Source: a virus. Taken from it: DNA of 64,000 nucleotides. Each line of letters opens with the position of its first letter. Position 1 is the first letter of the stretch. A program made the position numbers and the translations under genes. The DNA is taken from IMG/VR virus record IMGVR_UViG_3300000313_000054; one strand, given 5' to 3'. The notes below the pieces were generated by a model that ran no database searches, was not told the origin of the DNA, and saw only the letters and a program-made list of their open reading frames with translations. Below are positions 57,579 to 64,000 of the stretch, piece after piece.

Positions 57579-57625
57579 CTGATTTTTGAGGGCATTGTCC
57601 TTTGAAAGTCAGCTTTTAGTTTAAA
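57579..57625 (+). terminator. attenuator-like hairpin after GGAACAACCGAAG (57566-57578)
   Basis: AAGCTGATTTTTGAGGG...CCTTTGAAAGTCAGCTT then TTTAGTTT. Confidence 0.4.
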
Positions 57626-57642
57626 GAAAAGAAGGCATTAAA

Positions 57643-57765
57643 ATGGGAACAAAAATATGCCCACATTGCCATAAAAGTGATAAGGTAAATAAGCAGGGAA
57701 AGTCTGGTTGGAAAACTATTAAGCAGAGGTACGCATGCTTCAGGTGTAGGCGAACATTCTATTAA
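57643..57765 (+). CDS. InsA/IS1595-type zinc-ribbon mini-protein (40 aa), copy C
   Basis: CPHCHKSDKVNKQGKSGWKTIKQRYACFRCRRTF. Confidence 0.6.
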   Translation: MGTKICPHCHKSDKVNKQGKSGWKTIKQRYACFRCRRTFY

Positions 57766-57801
57766 TTTAGTCTAGGTTAATAGTAGTGTGAGGTAATTGA
57801 A

Positions 57802-57960
57802 ATGCCAGTAAAGATCAGAAAATTAAAAGACGGTAAGTGTAGAGTTTATAATGCAGGGAAAGTTACAGCCAAAAGAACGAGTTGTGAAAAAGCAGAAAAG
57901 CAAGTGAAATTACTACGTGGTATTGAACATGGAATGGTACTTAGAAAAAGGAAGAAATAA
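57802..57960 (+). CDS. basic small protein (52 aa)
   Basis: RBS gaggtaa; MPVKIRKLKDGKCRVYNAGK... Confidence 0.45.
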   Translation: MPVKIRKLKDGKCRVYNAGKVTAKRTSCEKAEKQVKLLRGIEHGMVLRKRKK

Positions 57961-57961
57961 A

Positions 57962-58804
57962 ATGAAAAAGATATTAGCGATAGCGAGTTTAGTTTTAATT
58001 AGTTTGTTATTACTTCCTCTTTCAGCCTTTGCGGAAGATGTTGGATTATTTGATGAATTTGGTAATGAAATTCCTGTAATTTCACCTACAGTTTTAACAG
58101 TAAATGGCGAGACAATTGAACCAGATAAGGACACTAACTCAAGTAATTATACAATCAATTCAGATCAAGAATGTGTGATAGAAATTGTTGGTAATGATAC
58201 TTTAAAAGGTAGTTTGACATTAGAAGGAACTGGAATATTCTGGATTAATTCAGCGTTTAAAGTTGAAGGACAAATCACTTTACTTGGTGGTGAATTTTAC
58301 ACTGGAAATAATGTAATCAATGCAGGGTCTTTCTATGTAGGATATTATCAAGATGATACTCCAATCTTTGTAAGTCTAGGTGATTCAGAGATAAATGTTT
58401 TTGCATGGGCAATACGTGGTGATGGAGTAAAAGTTGATGCAGGAAATTCAACAATCAATACGACTTTACTCTTTGATAACTCAGCAAAAGATGGTCGAGT
58501 TTATAACAACGTAAATATAAAAGAGGATTACTCAACTCCTTTAAACCCTATCTACGGATTTGTTGAGGGAAATTCCTCATTTAATAATTTAAAAGTTGAA
58601 GATGCAGGAAAAGTTTATGTAGTAAGTCAAGCCATCGAAGCAGTATCAATGCAAGTCACCAAAGGAACTTTAAGTAGAGCAATTACTGACAAGGTTTCAA
58701 CAATTAGTAAGGGCGCATTGGACTTAGCAAAGGCAGATGGATTGAAAGATGTAGCACCAGTCGGTAAGGGAATAAGTACTATCGGTAAAGAGGGAGTTAA
58801 ATAA
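57962..58804 (+). CDS. secreted protein with signal peptide
   Basis: MKKILAIASLVLISLLLLPLSAFA signal; start moved from track 57917 to the RBS-preceded ATG. Confidence 0.6.
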   Translation: MKKILAIASLVLISLLLLPLSAFAEDVGLFDEFGNEIPVISPTVLTVNGETIEPDKDTNSSNYTINSDQECVIEIVGNDTLKGSLTLEGTGIFWINSAFKVEGQITLLGGEFYTGNNVINAGSFYVGYYQDDTPIFVSLGDSEINVFAWAIRGDGVKVDAGNSTINTTLLFDNSAKDGRVYNNVNIKEDYSTPLNPIYGFVEGNSSFNNLKVEDAGKVYVVSQAIEAVSMQVTKGTLSRAITDKVSTISKGALDLAKADGLKDVAPVGKGISTIGKEGVK

Positions 58805-61800
58805 TGAACACTAAATTCTTAAAGCGGTTAGTACCTAAGACAAAGATTTTATTTAATGTAATGCTGATCTTTGTTTTAGTTGCTAGTGCTTTAGTTCCTA
58901 TATTTAATAATAGTGATATTTATGCCACTGACCCCAATACAACAATTTTTACAGATAATTTTGAAAGTGGTTTAAGTGCATGGACGCTTAATGGAACTTA
59001 TAATACTTCTATTACTCAATCTGTTTCACCCACTCATTCATTAAAAGTAGACTCTGTAGGTAACGTTAGTAAAAAATTATCTGTTGAAGGTATTGATTCT
59101 ATAAATTCACCCAATAGAAATATTACTTTTCAATGGTATTCAAATAGTCCTAATTGGTGGGATAATGATTGGCTTAAAAGATATAAAATTACCTTTGATA
59201 ATACGGCATCAACTGAAAATCTAATTAATTTTCCAGTCCTAATAACATTATCTACAGGCATAAGTGGTTTTGATTATGCTGATTGCCAAGCTGATCTAGG
59301 TGATTTAAGGTTCATCGATACAGATGGCACAACTGTTCTTAAATATGAAATTGATACTTTAAACGTATTAGGAGAGAGTTATGTATGGGTTAAAATACCT
59401 CAACTAGACAATAACAAAACTGATTATATTTACATGTACTATGATAATTCAGTGGCTAGTAATGGGTGGGATGTAGCTGGAACTTGGAATAGTGATTATG
59501 TTGCTGTATACCATATGAATGACTTAACTACCTCAACTATTTCAGATAGCACAGGTATTAATAATGGAACAAAACAAGCAGCTAATAATCCACAGGTCGT
59601 AGCTGGTGCTATTGGGAACGCACAAAGTTTTAATGGGACAAGTAGTTTTATTAATTTGGGTACAGACGCCTCCCTGGATAATCCTTATCCGATAACAATA
59701 GAAATGAACGTCAATGAACCTTTTAATGCTTCCTCACAACGCATAATAACATCCCCTTTAACCTTTACAAACACGTTTTTTATTTGTACTAACCAAGTAA
59801 GTAGTGCTAATAAATTTCAATGGGGATATGGAAATAATATTGCAGCAGACACTAAATATTCTAGCCAATCAGCAACAATTAATACAAATACCACGATGAG
59901 TTTTGTAATACAAACTGATATGAGCACCGCAACTGTTTATAAAAATGGTGTCATAAGCACTATTGAAAACGGAAGCGGTAATACGATAGTTAATGGAAAT
60001 GTAACACTAGGTGCAAAGGCGTCTGAGGATGGTAGCTATTTTAAAGGTATACTAGATGAAGTGCGTATTTCCAAAGTAGCTCGTAGTTATAGTTGGTTAA
60101 GAGCTTCTTATATGACTGAGTTTAATTCAACTTTTGCAACCTTTAATAATTACGAAAGTATCTTTTCATTGGAAGAAGGATACATTACTGATACTAATAA
60201 AACAATAGAAATGTTTTGGGATGGCGCAAATATATATTTTAATTTATATAGATATGCTGATGATATAGTAAGTTCAACTACAACATCGTCTGTTATGGTT
60301 GTCTCAGTTGATAATTGGCATGAAATAACTATTACATCCAGCACCTTATTAACAGAAATAAAAATAGATGGCAACGCAGTTCAATTTGGTGGATTAGATT
60401 CTTCTGATATTTTAACTAATGTTTGGAATTGGGTACGATATTCTGCGATTAGTGTTATACCATATTATATTGATGATGTTGTGATAAAAAAGGAAAATAT
60501 TTCCAATACTGCTAATTTATACAGTGATACTTTTTCAGCAATTAGCGGGACTGTTCCTGCGGGTAATGATAAGATATATGCTATTTACGAATACCTACTT
60601 AATAGAGATGTAACAGCTTTAAATAATGCTAAAACTGGGGCGAGTTCTATTCAAACCTCTTTCTCAGGTGGTACTAAAAATCTTTTTTATGTAAAAGAAT
60701 TGGCTATATTGGCCTATTTTGATTCTAGTTATATTACATTGTTAAATAATCTAACCTCTAATCTTTGGGCATATGGTGTCAACGCAACTACTAAGTTATC
60801 GTATCAAACGGTAAATGCTGCTGGTGTGGCTACGGATACTAGTTGTAGAATAGGCGACCCCCCCGATGTTTTATCGGTGGTAGTTTCATTCATGTATGCT
60901 TATAAAATTACCAATAATTCCACATATTTATCCCATGCTGAGGATATATTAACGGCTGTAAATACATATATGTTAAGTGGGGTATATAATACAGCTATTT
61001 GGCAAGTTTCAGCATTGGATGGAACTGTTATTGATTCAAAAACAAGAACAGGGGACGAAATAGCAAACTATATAGAGTGCCTTTTATTTATGTATGATAA
61101 CACAGGAATAAATACATATTTAACTAGGGCTATTTACCAAGCTGACCAATGTATAATTAATTCATGGGACAATACTAATAATCTTTTTGTATATAGGCCA
61201 GACGAAAGGGGTTTTGAAGCCTATGTACCATCCATGAGTCTCGCCTTAACGCATTTATATAAAATAACAAATACAGCAGATTACTTAATAAAATCTGAAC
61301 AAAATTATAATACTTATTTAACCGAATTAAAAAGAAACGGTAATTTATTGCATTATATCTTGGATAATGGTTTATATGGGCATGAGGCAGCGATTTGGAT
61401 ATACGATATACCTATTATAGCAAGTGAGTTGTATAAAATTACAAACGATGTTTCGTACCTCAACATATCTGATGAATATATGTCTATAATATTGGGTTAT
61501 TATGAACCTATTGACGCAGATCACATATATTCTGATAGTTTTACACTTTACTCTGGTTTAACATACTTAGAAAGAGAACAGGCGATATCAATTGCACTTA
61601 ATAGAAGTGTATTAGAGAGTAATACTATTCTAATACATTCATATTTTAGCCAAATACCATACACAAGGTATCAGGGAACTATTACCAACTCACCTAATAT
61701 GTGGTTCACAAACAATGCAGTTAATTTATTAGATGTTTCGGGTAATGGGGTAATTAAATTTAGCTTAGGCATTAATACTGTAAATATTACCACATCTTAC

Positions 61801-62649
61801 GGAACAGGTGCTTTTGATGTCACTACGAGTCACCAAGTAGACCTAGAAGTACCCACTGTTACCACACAAGCGGCCACAGGGATTATAATGAGTGCGGCAG
61901 GTGTAACGGGGGGCAGTTTCAATGGTAATCTAATTTATTATGATGGCGATTCAAATGGGACATCTTTATCTTTTGAATATGGACTAACTAATTTGTATGG
62001 AAGCACCACATCATCGATTATAAAGACATCTACAGGTGCATATTTAATAAATATACCCAATAATTTAATTCCTGGTGCAACTTATCATTTTAGATCAAAA
62101 GCACAAAATATTACAGGCACTTCTTATGGTAATGACCAGACGGTTACTTTCACAATGCCAACGGTAGTAGATGTAGTAGGTGTAACTCAATCAGGTTTTA
62201 CAGCAACATTAACAGGTAATGTAACTAACATGGGAGTAGCCACAAGTACAAATGCTTACTTCCAATGGGGTTACGATGGCGTAACTTATCCGAATAATTC
62301 TTCATCGTTAGTGAAGTTAATTGCTGGACAATATTCTGCAACAATCAATGGTTATAATCCTGCATTAACAATCTATTATAGGTCAGCAGTAAGTAATGGT
62401 TCTACAATTGTAACTGGTGCTGGACTAAGTTTTACACCTAGCGGAACTACAGTGACTTCAAATAATTTATTAAGTTCTGTTCTCTTGATTGTGTTCTTCT
62501 GTTTAGGGTTGATTCTCTTAATTGGAGTAGCCTTTAAAGATGGTGGAAACTTGATGATGACTTTAATAATCGCTGCTGTCTTAATCTACATGTTAATTGC
62601 TTTTACTCAAGGTATTAATATTAACTTGAACGCCTTATGGGGTGGATAA
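58804..62649 (+). CDS. large surface protein (1281 aa): N-terminal anchor, DUF2341-like and LamG/concanavalin-like lectin domains, C-terminal TM
   Basis: DWLKRYKITFDN...DLGDLRFID...VWVKIP block (DUF2341-like); GILDEVRISKVARSYSWL (LamG-like); hydrophobic C-terminus. Confidence 0.65.
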   Translation: MNTKFLKRLVPKTKILFNVMLIFVLVASALVPIFNNSDIYATDPNTTIFTDNFESGLSAWTLNGTYNTSITQSVSPTHSLKVDSVGNVSKKLSVEGIDSINSPNRNITFQWYSNSPNWWDNDWLKRYKITFDNTASTENLINFPVLITLSTGISGFDYADCQADLGDLRFIDTDGTTVLKYEIDTLNVLGESYVWVKIPQLDNNKTDYIYMYYDNSVASNGWDVAGTWNSDYVAVYHMNDLTTSTISDSTGINNGTKQAANNPQVVAGAIGNAQSFNGTSSFINLGTDASLDNPYPITIEMNVNEPFNASSQRIITSPLTFTNTFFICTNQVSSANKFQWGYGNNIAADTKYSSQSATINTNTTMSFVIQTDMSTATVYKNGVISTIENGSGNTIVNGNVTLGAKASEDGSYFKGILDEVRISKVARSYSWLRASYMTEFNSTFATFNNYESIFSLEEGYITDTNKTIEMFWDGANIYFNLYRYADDIVSSTTTSSVMVVSVDNWHEITITSSTLLTEIKIDGNAVQFGGLDSSDILTNVWNWVRYSAISVIPYYIDDVVIKKENISNTANLYSDTFSAISGTVPAGNDKIYAIYEYLLNRDVTALNNAKTGASSIQTSFSGGTKNLFYVKELAILAYFDSSYITLLNNLTSNLWAYGVNATTKLSYQTVNAAGVATDTSCRIGDPPDVLSVVVSFMYAYKITNNSTYLSHAEDILTAVNTYMLSGVYNTAIWQVSALDGTVIDSKTRTGDEIANYIECLLFMYDNTGINTYLTRAIYQADQCIINSWDNTNNLFVYRPDERGFEAYVPSMSLALTHLYKITNTADYLIKSEQNYNTYLTELKRNGNLLHYILDNGLYGHEAAIWIYDIPIIASELYKITNDVSYLNISDEYMSIILGYYEPIDADHIYSDSFTLYSGLTYLEREQAISIALNRSVLESNTILIHSYFSQIPYTRYQGTITNSPNMWFTNNAVNLLDVSGNGVIKFSLGINTVNITTSYGTGAFDVTTSHQVDLEVPTVTTQAATGIIMSAAGVTGGSFNGNLIYYDGDSNGTSLSFEYGLTNLYGSTTSSIIKTSTGAYLINIPNNLIPGATYHFRSKAQNITGTSYGNDQTVTFTMPTVVDVVGVTQSGFTATLTGNVTNMGVATSTNAYFQWGYDGVTYPNNSSSLVKLIAGQYSATINGYNPALTIYYRSAVSNGSTIVTGAGLSFTPSGTTVTSNNLLSSVLLIVFFCLGLILLIGVAFKDGGNLMMTLIIAAVLIYMLIAFTQGININLNALWGG

Positions 62650-62672
62650 AAATAAAATAGTAGGAGAAAAGA

Positions 62673-62807
62673 ATGATTGCTTATTGTGTGAGTTGTAAAA
62701 AGAAAATGGAAATGAAAAATCCGAAAGCGTACACTATGAAGAATGGTCGCCGTGCTTTCAAAGGCACAGATTCTAAGGGACACAAAGTTTTTAGAATTGG
62801 TGGATAA
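62673..62807 (+). CDS. DUF5679-like zinc-ribbon mini-protein
   Basis: MIAYCVSCKKKMEMKNPKAYTMKNGRRAFKGTDSKGHKVFRIGG. Confidence 0.5.
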   Translation: MIAYCVSCKKKMEMKNPKAYTMKNGRRAFKGTDSKGHKVFRIGG

Positions 62808-62809
62808 TA

Positions 62810-62926
62810 ATGGCAAAGAAAAAAGACTTTCTAACTAAGTTATGTGAGGGTGGTATCAAAGAATTAAAACATCAAGACAAAAGAATAGAGAAGGGTTGCA
62901 AGAAACATAAGAAATATTTTAAGTGA
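62810..62926 (+). CDS. basic mini-protein (38 aa)
   Basis: ATG ORF. Confidence 0.35.
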   Translation: MAKKKDFLTKLCEGGIKELKHQDKRIEKGCKKHKKYFK

Positions 62927-62937
62927 GGTGAGTTAAC

Positions 62938-63057
62938 ATGAAAGTAAAAGAGAGTTCCTTTGGAAGAAAAACTAAGAAATTAAATCAAGAGTACAAGAGA
63001 AAACTTAGTAAGTTAGACAAAGCTGGTAAGAGAGCATCTAATGTTAAGTGGAGGTAA
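62938..63057 (+). CDS. basic mini-protein (39 aa)
   Basis: RBS gaggtgag. Confidence 0.35.
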   Translation: MKVKESSFGRKTKKLNQEYKRKLSKLDKAGKRASNVKWR

Positions 63058-63062
63058 TAAAA

Positions 63063-63254
63063 ATGCCTAAGAAACCAATCTACGAATATGAATTTAAAGC
63101 AGTAGTAAAAGGTAAAAAGGAAACAATTCAACAGTCTGCTACTACTCAAAAAGATGCAAAGCAAAGAATAAAATCTAAGTTACCTAAAGTAAAAATTATT
63201 AAGCAGGTTAAGAGATTTAGTTACCCTCATGTAGAGGGTGGAAGGAAGGTTTAA
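63063..63254 (+). CDS. basic small protein
   Basis: 68-aa track ORF 63048-63254 trimmed to the RBS-preceded ATG. Confidence 0.45.
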   Translation: MPKKPIYEYEFKAVVKGKKETIQQSATTQKDAKQRIKSKLPKVKIIKQVKRFSYPHVEGGRKV

Positions 63255-63255
63255 A

Positions 63256-63348
63256 ATGAAAGAACATAAAGAACACGAAAGTAAAAAGCACGAAAGCAAA
63301 GAACACGAACGTCATTGTAAAACTAACCACAAGTCTCATAAAAAATAA
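63256..63348 (+). CDS. His-rich 30-aa peptide (KEHKEHESKKHESKEHERH...)
   Basis: RBS ggaaggt; 8 His in 30 residues. Confidence 0.35.
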   Translation: MKEHKEHESKKHESKEHERHCKTNHKSHKK

Positions 63349-63361
63349 CGAGGTTTGAGTT

Positions 63362-63634
63362 ATGCGATACAAGTATGCTTCCTTAAAATTTGTAGAATCT
63401 AAACTTCCTGAAATAAGAAAAGAGAAGGTTAGTGCTAAAGCACGTAGTAAAGGACAATTCATAGATCAATATAAAAAAGCAGGTGGTAATCCTGATAAAC
63501 TTCCTGAGAAGTGGCAGAAGAAACGTGATGGGTTTGTGGCAAGAACTAAGGAAGCAGAGAGACTTCATAGAGCCAAAGGTCACGATACTAAGAGACAGAA
63601 ATTAAGTTTAATTGCGTGGGCGTATCGTCCATAA
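63362..63634 (+). CDS. basic hypothetical protein
   Basis: 90 aa. Confidence 0.5.
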   Translation: MRYKYASLKFVESKLPEIRKEKVSAKARSKGQFIDQYKKAGGNPDKLPEKWQKKRDGFVARTKEAERLHRAKGHDTKRQKLSLIAWAYRP

Positions 63635-63816
63635 AAGGAATTACTTTGGGAATTAGAAGATTTGTTCACGATACTTTCAATCTAAATTGTTACGATAATC
63701 AGTTCCAACATGACATCGGTTGGTGGATGGATTGTACTTCCAAGAAAGACAAAGCGACCAGAAAAATAATCTCTGATCGCTTAGAGGGCAGAAGAAAGAG
63801 TTTGTTCAGGGCTTAA
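63616..63816 (+). CDS. hypothetical protein
   Basis: 66 aa. Confidence 0.45.
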   Translation: MGVSSIKGITLGIRRFVHDTFNLNCYDNQFQHDIGWWMDCTSKKDKATRKIISDRLEGRRKSLFRA

Positions 63817-63817
63817 A

Positions 63818-63952
63818 TTACCAATGATAATAATGTTTTTGGCAAGCAGGACAATCACTTCTTCCCCAACCTTTTTGTTCGATTAAAATTACATGACAAG
63901 TGGGACATTCACCATACCAAAGTTTTAAAATCCAGTGTTTTATTTCAGACAT
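63818..63952 (-). CDS. zinc-ribbon mini-protein on the minus strand (first strand switch in the window)
   Basis: rc ORF MSEIKHWILKLWYGECPTCHVILIEQKGWGRSDCPACQKHYYHW with RBS aggagataat. Confidence 0.45.
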   Translation of the reverse strand: MSEIKHWILKLWYGECPTCHVILIEQKGWGRSDCPACQKHYYHW

Positions 63953-64000
63953 ATTATCTCCTTACTGCTCATTATTTCTTCTAATCCTACGTGGATTATC

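Noticed and set aside
20919-63583. Minus-strand ORFs 60-144 aa inside large + strand genes (for example 20919-21206, 23565-23894, 25239-25433, 40720-41031, 55739-56173, 63217-63462)
   Set aside because: Antisense to conserved coding sequence with repeat-driven composition. No independent signals.
1-64000. Alternative genetic code (UGA as Trp, Mollicutes-like) suggested by low GC and lipoproteins
   Set aside because: Many genes terminate at TGA exactly where the next gene begins (ATGA overlaps), and the resulting gene lengths are coherent under the standard code.
1-64000. CRISPR arrays, integrase/attachment sites, toxin-antitoxin type III repeats
   Set aside because: No short regularly spaced repeats and no tyrosine/serine recombinase-like ORF. 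The direct repeats found are long, gene-derived or RNA modules.

Overview
The window is AT-rich (about one third GC) and very densely coded, with essentially every gene on the + strand until a strand switch at about 63.8 kb. Most genes are tiny ORFs of 30-200 aa, many with CxxC zinc ribbons or TM helices. Genes abut or overlap by ATGA/TAATG, so the standard genetic code applies. There are at least ten near-consensus sigma-70 promoters. All share TTGAC(A/T), a 17-18 nt spacer and an extended -10 of the form TGnTA(A/T)(A/C)AT, which points to a low-GC Gram-positive host. No ribosomal, polymerase or other housekeeping genes are present. Given the tRNA genes, a homing-endonuclease-like gene, giant surface or virion-type proteins and paralogous mini-genes, I read this as part of a large phage or phage-like mobile element, not a chromosome. 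Terminase, capsid and integrase were not recognised, so the mobile-element type remains open. Recognisable content is as follows. (i) A tRNA/ncRNA island at 5.3-6.9 kb holds tRNA-Thr and two tRNA-Ser genes with encoded CCA (one unusually long), an unresolved tRNA-like segment and an unassigned structured segment of about 550 nt. (ii) An approximately 800-nt promoter-driven structured RNA locus at 10.3-11.1 kb carries internally duplicated modules whose hairpins covary between copies, and a small hydrophobic-peptide ORF embedded in it. (iii) An SPFH/flotillin-like protein, a 2586-aa repeat protein, FN3/lectin-type surface proteins and a HExxH membrane protease are present. (iv) A 15-kb glycan locus at 38.4-53.5 kb encodes CDP-glucose formation, 4,6-dehydration and a PMP/Fe-S 3-dehydrase with the C-x-C-x7-C motif (rfbF/rfbG/rfbH-like), an SDR and a NeuB-like synthase fused to a cupin-like tail. 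It continues with a HAD phosphatase, two radical-SAM/SPASM enzymes, a TPP-dependent YerE/ALS-like enzyme and a GT2, and ends in a GtrA/GtrB/GtrC-like polyprenol-sugar module. (v) Three stand-alone InsA/IS1595-type zinc-ribbon mini-proteins each follow a conserved GGAACAACC(G/A)AAG leader plus terminator. (vi) An orphan HicB-like antitoxin gene overlaps a small TM ORF. (vii) Four genes are leaderless, with the ATG exactly 6 nt after the -10 hexamer. (viii) There are several DNA-level duplications and extensive module shuffling among mini-proteins. Functional calls rest on motifs read by eye from the translations; no database search was possible.
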